Source: an uncultured Alphaproteobacteria bacterium (GTDB lineage: Bacteria; Pseudomonadota; Alphaproteobacteria; HIMB59; GCA-002718135). Taken from it: a DNA stretch of 64,000 nt. Positions 31,451-40,992 of the stretch are shown in pieces. Each line of letters starts with the position of its first letter. Positions within the stretch are counted from its first letter, which is position 1. The translations under genes were made by a program, and so were the position numbers. The DNA lies in contig CABXWB010000002.1 of assembly GCA_902515745.1 (NCBI GenBank), positions 6,515-70,514 of the forward strand, written 5' to 3'. Under the pieces are notes generated by a model. The model worked only from the letters and a program-made list of their open reading frames with translations, was not told the DNA's origin and searched no databases.

Positions 31451-31840
31451 ATGTCATTCAACAAAGTCCGAAATGCTCATAAAACAGAAAATACTGAAGA
31501 TTATTTAGAGCTAATTGCAGAACTTTTAAATTCCAAAGGTGAAGCTCGTATCGTTGATATTGCTGAAAGCTTGGGTATTGCACAAGCCACAGCCAATAAA
31601 ACCATACAAAGATTACAAACACAGGGTTTCATTAAAAGAGAACCTTATCGATCAATTTTTTTAACTTTTAAAGGTCAAAAAATAGCAAGTGAATCAAAAA
31701 AAAAGCATAATATAGTCTACAATTTTTTACTCAATCTTGGTTTAGACAAGAATACGGCCTCTGAAGATGCTGAAGGAATAGAGCATCATGTTAGTGAAAA
31801 GACACTTCGAAAAATGGATAATTTTAATTCAAAGAAATAA
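31451..31840 (+). CDS. mntR: DtxR/MntR-family metal-dependent transcriptional regulator
   Basis: TEDYLELIAELL, wHTH ARIVDIAESLGIAQATANKTIQRLQ, and the metal-site region EGIEHHVS. The ORF is open from a TTG at 31427. The ATG at 31451 follows AAGG. Confidence 0.85.
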   Translation: MSFNKVRNAHKTENTEDYLELIAELLNSKGEARIVDIAESLGIAQATANKTIQRLQTQGFIKREPYRSIFLTFKGQKIASESKKKHNIVYNFLLNLGLDKNTASEDAEGIEHHVSEKTLRKMDNFNSKK

Positions 31841-31883
31841 ATATAATTTGTTGTCAAATCAGTTTTATCTAGTGTATAAAAAA

Positions 31884-31914
31884 AGAAGGGACACGGCGAA
31901 TATCCCTTCTTTTC
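31884..31914 (+). terminator. Possible terminator after mntR
   Basis: AGAAGGGA-(11-nt loop)-TCCCTTCT followed by TTTC, with an A-run upstream. The loop is large and the T-tract short, so confidence is low. Confidence 0.35.
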
Positions 31915-32004
31915 ATCGTTGGTTTATGGATAGAAAATAAACCTAATTAATAAATACCCGATTCTCGGTTTTGGCTCAAATTTTTAATTATAAAGTCTTA
32001 ATTT

Positions 32005-32628
32005 TTAATATTTTTGTAATAAAACAATTTTAATTTTTATTTTGTTTTTAAAATCTTTATTCAATGGTAAATAATTTAAAGGTCTAGAAATTTTATTGAT
32101 TTTTAATGACTTTTGATGTTTTTTTAAAATACTTAAAAAATCCTGTTTCTCCCATAAATCTATTCTATGGGTAAATAGTACAAAGCCTTTTTCTTTAATA
32201 TTTTTATTAATATTAGCAAAAAATTTATCAAAGTCTTTGCAATACGTCATTGAGCCAATCAAAGAAATAAGATCAAATTTTATTTTATAATGATGTAATT
32301 GTTCAAAGTTTTTTATTTGCAATTTTTTGTAAATATTTTTTCCTGATGAAATTTTCAGGCTTTTTTTGGAAATATCTGAACCATAAATATGACTTTTTGG
32401 ATAAACTTTTTTTAATTCAGCGCCAAATAAGCCAGTTCCACATGCTAGGTCTAAGATATTTTTTGGTTTAAAATTATTTGTTTCTTTTAAAAATTTAATG
32501 CTCTTTTTAGGTGCTTGATAATTCCATAACTTCAGTGTTGTATCATAATTTTCTGACCAATCATCATAATATTTTGTTGTTTTACTCAAATTGCCAACGC
32601 CAGAAACTAATGATTTAAAATTACTCAT
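32005..32628 (-). CDS. Class I SAM-dependent methyltransferase
   Basis: 207 aa. Motif I ILDLACGTGLFG. Last gene of the 9-gene operon. Confidence 0.8.
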   Translation of the reverse strand: MSNFKSLVSGVGNLSKTTKYYDDWSENYDTTLKLWNYQAPKKSIKFLKETNNFKPKNILDLACGTGLFGAELKKVYPKSHIYGSDISKKSLKISSGKNIYKKLQIKNFEQLHHYKIKFDLISLIGSMTYCKDFDKFFANINKNIKEKGFVLFTHRIDLWEKQDFLSILKKHQKSLKINKISRPLNYLPLNKDFKNKIKIKIVLLQKY

Positions 32629-33427
32629 ATTTTAAAGAAGGAATTTTTTTTCTTATTTTATTTACATCAGAAATATTAATAGTTGAGTTAATAATTGCAG
32701 GTTTATTTTTGGTACTATTTATAATTTTCCCCCATGGATCTACTAAAAGAGAATATCCATAGGTCTTTCTTTTCATATGATGATTTCCACACATACCTGT
32801 TGCAACAATAAATACATTATTCTCTATAGCTCGTGATCTATTCAAAACCTCCCAATGATCTTTTCCAGTTGGTCTAGTAAAAGCAGCAGGAACTAAAATA
32901 ATTGAACAATCTTTTTTAGCAAGTTGCCTATACAAATTAGGAAATCGTAGATCATAACAAATTGTCATTCCTAATTTAATATTATTAATTTTTGTAAAAA
33001 TTATTTTATTACCAGCTTTGAACAAAGATGATTCCTTATGTCTTTCTTTGTTGTTAATTTCAACATCAAACATATGTATCTTATCATATGTTTTTTTTAT
33101 GACTCCATAATTGTTTATAAAAAAAGATCTATTAACCAATTTGGTTTTGTTCTTAATTCTTAAAACCAAAGAACCTAGATTTATATTTACTTTATTTTTC
33201 TTAGCAAAATCTTTTGCCATCTTCAAAACTGGGCAGGTATTTTGGTAGGGAGCATTTAAAATTAAATAACTTTTATCATTAGTAATGATATTTGAGCATT
33301 CTGGAGTGCATATTAAGTGAGGTTTAAATTTGATTGCCTTGTTAAAATTTTCTTCAAGAAGTTTAGAATTAAATTTCGGGAGATGACTTGCAGAAAATTG
33401 GACTTGAGATACTTTAAGCTTATTCAT
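32621..33427 (-). CDS. Carbon-nitrogen hydrolase (nitrilase/omega-amidase superfamily)
   Basis: 268 aa. Glu-Lys-Cys triad contexts CTPECS, YDKIHMFD and GMTICYDLRFP. Confidence 0.88.
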   Translation of the reverse strand: MNKLKVSQVQFSASHLPKFNSKLLEENFNKAIKFKPHLICTPECSNIITNDKSYLILNAPYQNTCPVLKMAKDFAKKNKVNINLGSLVLRIKNKTKLVNRSFFINNYGVIKKTYDKIHMFDVEINNKERHKESSLFKAGNKIIFTKINNIKLGMTICYDLRFPNLYRQLAKKDCSIILVPAAFTRPTGKDHWEVLNRSRAIENNVFIVATGMCGNHHMKRKTYGYSLLVDPWGKIINSTKNKPAIINSTINISDVNKIRKKIPSLKYE

Positions 33428-34584
33428 TTAAATTTTAGTAAGAAAACTAATCCAGAGGTAAACACTATAATACATAATAAATACATATTTAATGTAAGAG
33501 AATAAGCTTCAGCTAAAAATCCAATTAAAGCAGGCATAATCATTGTTGATGATAATCCAATTGTTATAAGGTTAGTTACAGTCATAGGAATACTTTCATT
33601 AGACTGTTTAACTGCCTGCCTAATAACAATAGGTACTAAATTAGCTATAGCAAATCCATAAAAGCTTAAAACAACCAGAATAATATAAAAATTATTGGTT
33701 AACAAAGCTAAAAGCATTATTGATGCACCAATCATCACAAAGTGGCAACCTACAACTTTTTCAGTAAATAAATTGATTAATGAATTAGAAAATAAATTAG
33801 CAAAAATAGCTCCAATACTAAAGAAAATTAAACCCATACTTGCCAGGTAAAGGGGCGCATTTAAATCTTTTGATAACCATAGTGTTGACCAATCCATTAT
33901 TATTCCACCGGAGCCAAAAACAAAAAATAATAAAAATCCAAATAATAGAACATTTGTTTCAGGTATTTTGAATTTTTCACCAACACCTTTAAAGTCTAAG
34001 TTACGTGGTAATCCAAATGAGAATACAAAAAAAGATATAAAGATTGATAAAAAAGACAAGATAGTAAAAAATACATAAGGCTCATAATTATATCTCATAA
34101 TTATTCCTGCTAATCCTCCTCCAATTAGGATACCTAAATTAAATCCCATCGCATAATATGGAGTAATTATTTTCTTAAAATGTTGTTCAATTAATTGAGT
34201 ATGTATTCCTCCTATAGGGCCAGATGCGCCCCAACCTATTCCAGCTGGTATCGATGTTAATAATAAATAAAAATACGAAGGAGACACAATTGAAAGTAAA
34301 GTAGAAAAAGTAGTAAGTGGAAAAGCCAAAGACATTATCAATTTTGTTCCATATTTTGGAACAAGTATTCTTCCAGCTATCTGGTTAGAGATGATGAAAA
34401 ATATTCCAAATAATAGTATGGCAAAGCTTAAATCAGACTCATCTATTGATAGTCTATTCATGTTCCATGGAGTTACACCAAAGTAGCAGCCAACTACTAT
34501 CATAGGATAAGTTGATGTAATTATTGAAGCAAGTGTTGCTCTTCTAAATATTTTTATTTCTTCTGACACAAAAATTTTTACCAA
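33424..34584 (-). CDS. MFS transporter
   Basis: 386 aa, about 12 TM in two 6-TM halves separated by a charged loop (RNLDFKGVGEKFK). Confidence 0.78.
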   Translation of the reverse strand: MVKIFVSEEIKIFRRATLASIITSTYPMIVVGCYFGVTPWNMNRLSIDESDLSFAILLFGIFFIISNQIAGRILVPKYGTKLIMSLAFPLTTFSTLLSIVSPSYFYLLLTSIPAGIGWGASGPIGGIHTQLIEQHFKKIITPYYAMGFNLGILIGGGLAGIIMRYNYEPYVFFTILSFLSIFISFFVFSFGLPRNLDFKGVGEKFKIPETNVLLFGFLLFFVFGSGGIIMDWSTLWLSKDLNAPLYLASMGLIFFSIGAIFANLFSNSLINLFTEKVVGCHFVMIGASIMLLALLTNNFYIILVVLSFYGFAIANLVPIVIRQAVKQSNESIPMTVTNLITIGLSSTMIMPALIGFLAEAYSLTLNMYLLCIIVFTSGLVFLLKFK

Positions 34585-35561
34585 CGATGATGAACATCAT
34601 CAAAAAAATATTTTGTGTAAACACTATTGATTTCATTCATTAAGGATGAAATTTCATTTAATTCTGAAGAAGAAGTATTCAAACCTACGTGATCTTTATT
34701 TTTAGCACCAGGAATAACAATACTAACTGCATCATGCATTAAAATCCATTTCAGTGACAATTGAGACAATGTAATCCCTTCTGGTAATATATTTTTTAAT
34801 TCATCAAGAGCTTCTAATGCTTTATTAAAATTTACCCCAGAAAATGTTTCACCTACATCAAACGCATCTCCATTAATATTGTAATTACGATGATCATCAG
34901 GAGCAAATGGCGAATCTTTATTGAACTTTCCAGTTAATAATCCACTTGCAAGGGGTACTCTCACAATAATTGCAACTTTTCTTTCTTTTGCAATTTTAAA
35001 TAATTTTTCAGCAGGTTTTTGTCTGAAAATATTGAATATAACCTGAATAGACTTTGTTTGAGGTTTTTTTATACATTCTAATGCTTGATCAACTGTTTCA
35101 ACGCTAAAACCATAATTTTGTATTTTTCCTTTACCTACTAAATAATCTAACATTTCAAAAGTATGATCTGATGAATAAACTTCTGTTGGAGGACAATGCA
35201 TTTGTAAAAGATCGATTGTTTCAATATTTAGATTTGATAATGATCGGTCTACAAATGACTCCATTAAATCTTTATCATAATAACCTTTTGCAACGTGTGG
35301 GTTAATACGTCTACCAGCTTTTGTTGCAACATAAATTCTCTCAGAAATAGAATTTATAAAATTTCCTACAAATTTTTCACTTCTACCATCACCATAAACA
35401 TCAGCTGTATCGAAAAAGTTAACTCCATTTTCAAATGATGATTTTAATACTTCATTTGCCTTCTCTTCACTAACATTTCCCCAATCAGCACCAATCTGCC
35501 AACAGCCTAAACCTATTTCCGATATATTCCAATCAAGGGAGCCAAATTTTCTATATTTCAT
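34578..35561 (-). CDS. Aldo/keto reductase
   Basis: 327 aa. Has FFDTADVYGDGRSE, the HCP motif (LQMHCPP), and IPGAKN. Confidence 0.9.
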   Translation of the reverse strand: MKYRKFGSLDWNISEIGLGCWQIGADWGNVSEEKANEVLKSSFENGVNFFDTADVYGDGRSEKFVGNFINSISERIYVATKAGRRINPHVAKGYYDKDLMESFVDRSLSNLNIETIDLLQMHCPPTEVYSSDHTFEMLDYLVGKGKIQNYGFSVETVDQALECIKKPQTKSIQVIFNIFRQKPAEKLFKIAKERKVAIIVRVPLASGLLTGKFNKDSPFAPDDHRNYNINGDAFDVGETFSGVNFNKALEALDELKNILPEGITLSQLSLKWILMHDAVSIVIPGAKNKDHVGLNTSSSELNEISSLMNEINSVYTKYFFDDVHHRW

Positions 35562-35564
35562 ATT

Positions 35565-37727
35565 TTAATTTAAGATTATCTGTTCTGTTACTAATGTCCC
35601 ATTATCAACAATTAAACCTGCTCCACCTTTTAAAAAGGGAGAGTCATTATCCTCAACTTCAATAATAACTTTATCATTAATGTGTCCAATAATTTTATTT
35701 TTTATTACTGTCATTTTTAAGTTATATTCTTTAAAAAATACTACTTCAAATTCTTCTTCTTTTAATATTTGATAATCATTATTCATCTTTCCAATACGTA
35801 ACTTATTCCCTTTGCAAATTTCAAATGTGTAGTATTTATTTACTCCTTGGACTCTTGATACTATTCCTCCAGAGTTACTAGACTGCAAAATAATATTTGA
35901 TGAAATTGAATAATTTCTCCATAAATCTGTTCCAGTAAATAAAATTCCTCTACCATTATTTTGGCAAATTCTAAAATTTTTACCTCTCTTTTCCCATTTG
36001 TCTAATGATTGAACCCATGCATTTCTCCAAATTTCACCATAGTAGCCCTCTTTTTTTTCTTTACCTCTTTGATAATTTTCTACGTGATCAGGTCTTTTAA
36101 ATATTTGTTTTGGCTCTCCTTCAAAATTAACATAATTAAGAATAACTTGACCTTCTTTTTTTTCTTCTGATGAGATATTAAAGCCAATTTGACCGATAGG
36201 ATTTGACTCAGTGTCAGGCAAAACCCATGATATTAGTTTTTTTTCATTTCCACTTAAATTAAAAATATTCGAAGAAATTTTTTGCAGTTTATCATTTTCA
36301 CCCCAATATTTAGAAAACAAGGTAATTGAAATTTCATGAGAAAATATATTTTCTATTTCTAAAGTTACTTTCTGACCTGGAAAAATAGTTGGGCAAGAAA
36401 TATAATCGTAATGAAAAAAATCATTTCTTTTTTTTCCTTTTAAATCTAAAATAATTTCAGGAAAAAATGTTTCTACATAAACTTCTGAAGTTAAATCTTC
36501 TGAAAGATTTTTATATGCAATTTTTAAACCTCTTTCACCTAATGTAGAATTGTATTCAACATTACTGATTTTTGTTTCACAAAACTTATTTCCAACTCTA
36601 GTTCGCCAACCTTGTGTTGAGTCTTTAATATTAAAATGAAATCTAGCTCCATTTTTAGGTAAATTTTCTTCTAAACCATTAATTTTTCTAGTTGTATTAA
36701 TAATTTTGAAAGTTTCTGTCAGTGCATCAGTTAGAGTTTCACCTCCCAATGCAGAGGGGCAATATAAAATATCATTTATAGGAGATAAGTAATCAGGACC
36801 TGATTTAAGTCCTTCTATTCCATTTTTAATTCCTAAAATACAACCAACATTTCCTGAATTACAATCTGTATCCCAACCTGCTGTATTCACAATCATCATA
36901 GTTTTTTGAAAATCATCATCTCCAAATAGTAAAGCCATAATAATTAAAGCATGATTGGGTACCATATGACAGTTACCTAAATATTTATCATATCCATAAT
37001 TCTCAGCAATTTTTTCTCTTGCTTGTTCCCAACCTAAATTTCCTGATCGCCATTCTTGTATGTCAGATATTAATCTAAATATTACTGAATTATCTGGGAT
37101 AAATTTTTTAGCTTGCTCAACTAACTTTGTTAGATCATTCTCGACAAAGGCCATTGACTCTAGAGCAGCTACAACTTGTGCACCATAAATTGCCTCTCCA
37201 TCATGACTAACACTTGCTGCAAGTTTAGCATAATGAACTGCTCTTTCTGGATCACCAGGTGCTACCATCGCCCAACCATCAATAAAAATTTGAGCCCCTA
37301 TTTGTTCAGCAATTACCTTACCATTAGTTTTAATTGAACCACTGTCAGGAGCATCGATACCCTGTTTTAAATTTTGAAAAGCTGTATCCTCTGCTGAGTG
37401 TCCTTTTCCACCCCACCAAAGTATAGTTTTATCCTCAATAATATTATTTAACCACGTTTTTCCTATATCTTTAGCAGTAATATTTTCGCTGTAATTGCAT
37501 TCTCTAAAAGCACGTAAAAAGGTAAATGTACCAGTAATGTCATCATCAGAGACAGGTAACGGGAAATCTAATTTCTCATTTACATAATAATTAATAGGTC
37601 CCAATTCCTTCATTATTCTTTCATAAGACCAACCTTCGAATGGACGTCCTAGAAATACTCCAATTATTTTACCCAATACACCTGCGTAAACTTTTTCCTC
37701 AAAATTTTTATCTAATTTAAAAGTCAT
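35565..37727 (-). CDS. ADP-ribosylglycohydrolase-family protein fused to C-terminal beta-sandwich (lectin/LamG-like) region
   Basis: 720 aa. The N-terminal ~330 aa carry ARH motifs (VSDDDITGTF and AGWDTDCNSGNVGCILG). The C-terminal ~390 aa are beta-rich and end in GGAGLIVDNGTL, which looks like concanavalin/LamG-type jelly rolls. Shares 1 nt with the upstream permease gene. Confidence 0.8.
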   Translation of the reverse strand: MTFKLDKNFEEKVYAGVLGKIIGVFLGRPFEGWSYERIMKELGPINYYVNEKLDFPLPVSDDDITGTFTFLRAFRECNYSENITAKDIGKTWLNNIIEDKTILWWGGKGHSAEDTAFQNLKQGIDAPDSGSIKTNGKVIAEQIGAQIFIDGWAMVAPGDPERAVHYAKLAASVSHDGEAIYGAQVVAALESMAFVENDLTKLVEQAKKFIPDNSVIFRLISDIQEWRSGNLGWEQAREKIAENYGYDKYLGNCHMVPNHALIIMALLFGDDDFQKTMMIVNTAGWDTDCNSGNVGCILGIKNGIEGLKSGPDYLSPINDILYCPSALGGETLTDALTETFKIINTTRKINGLEENLPKNGARFHFNIKDSTQGWRTRVGNKFCETKISNVEYNSTLGERGLKIAYKNLSEDLTSEVYVETFFPEIILDLKGKKRNDFFHYDYISCPTIFPGQKVTLEIENIFSHEISITLFSKYWGENDKLQKISSNIFNLSGNEKKLISWVLPDTESNPIGQIGFNISSEEKKEGQVILNYVNFEGEPKQIFKRPDHVENYQRGKEKKEGYYGEIWRNAWVQSLDKWEKRGKNFRICQNNGRGILFTGTDLWRNYSISSNIILQSSNSGGIVSRVQGVNKYYTFEICKGNKLRIGKMNNDYQILKEEEFEVVFFKEYNLKMTVIKNKIIGHINDKVIIEVEDNDSPFLKGGAGLIVDNGTLVTEQIILN

Positions 37728-38563
37728 TATTCTTTTAAGCCTCCACTTGTTAGTCCTGAAATAAACCTTCTTTGAAACAACATAAATAAGATAGCTATTG
37801 GTGCTACCATCATGATTGCAGCTGCACTTTGTAAAGCATAATTATTTTCAAATCTAGCTTGAAAAGAAAAGAGAATTGTTGCCATTGGTTTAAAATTTGG
37901 ATCAGTTATAAAGGTAAGAGCAAATAAAAACTCATTCCAAACAGCTAAACCAATTATTAATCCAGCAGTTAAAATTACAGGCCAAGATAAAGGAAGGGCA
38001 ATTCTAAAAAAAATTTGAAAAGTATTTGCTCCATCAAGTTTTGCCGCATCAAATAATTCATCTGGTAACCTAATCATATAAGATCTTATTAAGAATGTTG
38101 CGAAAGGTGCATTCAAAGCTGAATATATGATAATTAAACCAATATGCGTGTTTAACAAACTTAATTCCTTCCATAAAAGAAAAAGAGGAAGAATATAAAG
38201 TTGAGCAGGTATACTAATTCCTACTAATAAATATATGGCTATGACGGTTGACCCTTTTGGATTTAATTTAGCTAAACTGAAACCTGCTAATAAAGAAACA
38301 GCTAAGCATAATATTACTGAGCCAAAAACTAGTTTTGATGAATTAAAAAAAATTTTTGTATATTCTCCAGCAATCCATGCATCTGGAAAATTTTGTAACC
38401 TAACTTCTGATGGTGGTCCAAGAGGATTTAGACCAAATTCACTAAAAGGTTTTATTGAATTAAAAAATAAAACTAAAATTGGTAATACAGCCAAAAGTGC
38501 AAACAATATTAATATAAAATGATTTGGTATTGCTTCTTTTCTTCTAAAATTAGAAACTAACAT
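37727..38563 (-). CDS. Carbohydrate ABC transporter permease (MalG type)
   Basis: 278 aa, 6 TM. EAA loop DELFDAAKLDGANTFQIFFRIALP. Confidence 0.9.
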   Translation of the reverse strand: MLVSNFRRKEAIPNHFILILFALLAVLPILVLFFNSIKPFSEFGLNPLGPPSEVRLQNFPDAWIAGEYTKIFFNSSKLVFGSVILCLAVSLLAGFSLAKLNPKGSTVIAIYLLVGISIPAQLYILPLFLLWKELSLLNTHIGLIIIYSALNAPFATFLIRSYMIRLPDELFDAAKLDGANTFQIFFRIALPLSWPVILTAGLIIGLAVWNEFLFALTFITDPNFKPMATILFSFQARFENNYALQSAAAIMMVAPIAILFMLFQRRFISGLTSGGLKE

Positions 38564-39439
38564 TTATATTTCCCATCCTAATCTTCTTAATAACCCAAAA
38601 ATACCTACAATAAATATGACATAGAAAAACATTAACGTACCAACTGCAGATGCGTATCCAACGTTAAATCTAACAAATGCATGAGTATAGAGATAATTAG
38701 CAACTACTTCAGAGCTATAAGCTGGTCCACCTCCTGTAAGTATGTAAACATAGTCAAAAACAGGAACTGACCAAATGATAATGATCATAAGACTAAAGAT
38801 AAATATAGGTCTAATCATTGGTAAGGTGATATATCTAAATTTTTGAAACTTGCTTGCACCTTCAATATCTGCAGCTTCATATAAGTGGTTATCAACCTGG
38901 TACATACCTGTTAAATAGATTACAACTAAAAAGCCCCAAAAGTGCCAACCATCTACAAAAGCTGCTGCATAAAGGGATGTATCTTTTGTTGTAAAAGGTG
39001 ATGATGCTAAAGCTTCAATTCCAATTGATTCAAAAAAACCACCTAGCCCGTGAATAGGATGAAAAAGATATTTCCAAATTTGGCAATTAACAACACTTGC
39101 AAGCATGTAAGGGAAAAAAAATGCTAAACGGTAAAACATCTGTCCACGTTTTATACCCGTTAGTAAGTATGCACACATAAGTGCAATACAAACTGGCACA
39201 GTTAAAAAAATAATTGTCCATAATATATTATGAAAGATAGCTTTCTTAAAATATCTATCATCAAACAATTCAATAAAATTCTCAAAACCAACATAATTTA
39301 TTTTGCCTAAACCACTCCAATCTGTAAGACATAAAGCAAGACTTAAGATCGATGGGATTCCAATAACAAAAAGATGAATAAATACTACGGGTATAACAAA
39401 GTACCAAGCTATGTAACTTTTATTTGATAAAAAATTCAT
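38564..39439 (-). CDS. Carbohydrate ABC transporter permease (MalF type)
   Basis: 291 aa, 6 TM. EAA loop HLYEAADIEGASKFQKFRYITLP. Confidence 0.9.
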   Translation of the reverse strand: MNFLSNKSYIAWYFVIPVVFIHLFVIGIPSILSLALCLTDWSGLGKINYVGFENFIELFDDRYFKKAIFHNILWTIIFLTVPVCIALMCAYLLTGIKRGQMFYRLAFFFPYMLASVVNCQIWKYLFHPIHGLGGFFESIGIEALASSPFTTKDTSLYAAAFVDGWHFWGFLVVIYLTGMYQVDNHLYEAADIEGASKFQKFRYITLPMIRPIFIFSLMIIIIWSVPVFDYVYILTGGGPAYSSEVVANYLYTHAFVRFNVGYASAVGTLMFFYVIFIVGIFGLLRRLGWEI

Positions 39440-39462
39440 TATACTTCCGAAATAATTGTTGG

Positions 39463-39490
39463 AAAAACGAAGCTCAACGAGCTTCGTTTT
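39463..39490 (-). terminator. Intra-operon terminator/attenuator hairpin after the binding-protein gene
   Basis: The minus-strand RNA is AAAACGAAGCUC-GUU-GAGCUUCGUUUUU. It sits between the SBP stop (39501) and the permease start (39439). Confidence 0.55.
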
Positions 39491-39500
39491 ATATTTTATA

Positions 39501-40829
39501 CTAGTCTCTTAATGGAACAGGCAAAGTTTCATTTTTCTTTCTAGCCTTATCCCACATTTTTTGATGGTCAGTCATAAAGTCTTCAACTGATATATCACCA
39601 GCCCATACTACTTCCATATCTTTCCAGATATGAACTCCAGGTTCTGCTGGCCAGAAAGTCCATGTACAATATCCGTAGTTTCCTTCACCAGTAATTCTAG
39701 CATATTCATTTAAATAGCTTGTTACTTGAGGTGAGATTGAGCTTGGAATATCACTTTCATCAAGAAGAAGTGGTACAACAAATTCTCCGAATTCAAAGTC
39801 ACTAGCTATATCGATTACTACATCTTTATTGGACATAATCCAGTTTAAGACGTCAATTGCTCCATCTTTATTTTTTGCGGCAGCATTAACAGACATTGTT
39901 GTGCCGATAGCAATCATAAAGTTTGGACCTGTAGAATTAGAGGATAATGATGGTAAAGGAGCCCATCCCCATTCATCATCAGATGCTCCAATTCCTAGAC
40001 TTGTAGCTTGAAAAGTCCAAGTTCCTATTGTCATCATAGCTGCTCCACGAGTAGCAAACTGTGCATGGAAATCATCCCATCCAATAGCGTAGTAGTTTTC
40101 TAAACTACCAGACCACCAACCTTCATTAACCATATGTTTTTTAAGAAGTTCTAAAGCTTCTATAAAAACTGGATCAGTCCATTCTCTTTCGCCAGTAATA
40201 GCTTCATAGACTGCTTCTGGTCCTGCATAGTTATTAAGATAAATACCTACTAAATGTTCATGTGTCGGTTGCCATCCTGATGAACCATATGTGTATACGT
40301 CCATCCCTTTAGCTTTGATCTTTGCTGCTACATCTTCTAATTCTTCACGAGTAGTTGGAACTGTCCAACCATTTTCTTCAAAAAGAGTTTTATTGTAAAG
40401 CATTACCATTGATTCATGTGTTTTAGGAATTGCATATAAGCTGCCTTCAAAAACTCCTGAACTATACGCCCAAGGAATCAATTTATCTTTCCATCCAAAT
40501 TCTGCAGCATAGGAATCAAGATTCTCTAACATACCTGCTTCTTGATATTCTTTAACATAAGAAGGGCCAGGGGTTTCTACGATGTCTGGACCCATACCAG
40601 CTAACATAGAAGTTCTAAGTGATTCAATTCTTGTTTCGTTTGGCTCAAATTGTATTTCTAATTCATAATTATCTTGAGCACTGTTGTATGCATTTTGTAA
40701 TTTTTCTAAAAATATAGGATCTCTATCAGCATTTGATTCCATTGACCAAGTAACCTTGGTTTTAGAGAATGCAGAAAAAGATACAGATAAAACTATTGAA
40801 GTTACAAAACTTATTATGGTTTTATTCAT
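39501..40829 (-). CDS. Extracellular solute-binding protein, carbohydrate ABC (CUT1) family
   Basis: The ORF is open to 40874, but the ATG at 40829 (MNKTIISFVTSIVLSVSFSAFS signal peptide) follows a strong SD, TGGAGGAATT. The SBP family-1 pattern runs throughout. Confidence 0.88.
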   Translation of the reverse strand: MNKTIISFVTSIVLSVSFSAFSKTKVTWSMESNADRDPIFLEKLQNAYNSAQDNYELEIQFEPNETRIESLRTSMLAGMGPDIVETPGPSYVKEYQEAGMLENLDSYAAEFGWKDKLIPWAYSSGVFEGSLYAIPKTHESMVMLYNKTLFEENGWTVPTTREELEDVAAKIKAKGMDVYTYGSSGWQPTHEHLVGIYLNNYAGPEAVYEAITGEREWTDPVFIEALELLKKHMVNEGWWSGSLENYYAIGWDDFHAQFATRGAAMMTIGTWTFQATSLGIGASDDEWGWAPLPSLSSNSTGPNFMIAIGTTMSVNAAAKNKDGAIDVLNWIMSNKDVVIDIASDFEFGEFVVPLLLDESDIPSSISPQVTSYLNEYARITGEGNYGYCTWTFWPAEPGVHIWKDMEVVWAGDISVEDFMTDHQKMWDKARKKNETLPVPLRD

Positions 40830-40992
40830 AATTCCTCCATTTAATAACCACTTCTTAAAGGAAATATAGATCACTTCAAGTTGATATCTAAAAGTGTGTC
40901 AAAATACGGCTAAACAAACAAATAAATTCTATTTTTATAAGTTAAATTTAATAGTATTAATTTTAAAAAGTATTAAGTATCTTTTAATTATT

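Noticed and set aside
31920-31943. Hairpin GGTTTAT-(9 nt)-ATAAACC and a 4-bp CCGA/TCGG stem with T-run (31957-31975), considered as small-RNA or terminator elements in the 164-nt spacer.
   Set aside because: The stems are short and AT-rich, which is indistinguishable from chance in this composition. They match no known RNA family that I recognise.
31955-31975. An 11-nt match (CGATTCTCGGT) between the 3-prime half of tRNA-Thr (50890s) and the spacer after mntR. I considered it as a possible att-like remnant marking a genomic island between ~32 kb and ~50.9 kb.
   Set aside because: A single 11-mer match is expected by chance at this window size. There is no integrase, no longer direct repeat and no mobile-element genes, so an island boundary cannot be supported.
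40894-40992. N-terminal 33-aa extension of the HpcH aldolase ORF. Similar long-ORF starts occur at 40874 (SBP), 46945 (SBP), 31427 (mntR), 59321 (clpA), 55398 (PPIase), 25942 (GT9), 4795 (nuoF), 19814 (glpK) and 50912 (DUF4174).
   Set aside because: The downstream start codons give family-typical N-termini or signal peptides and better RBS contexts, so the extensions are probably untranslated. True starts remain unverified.
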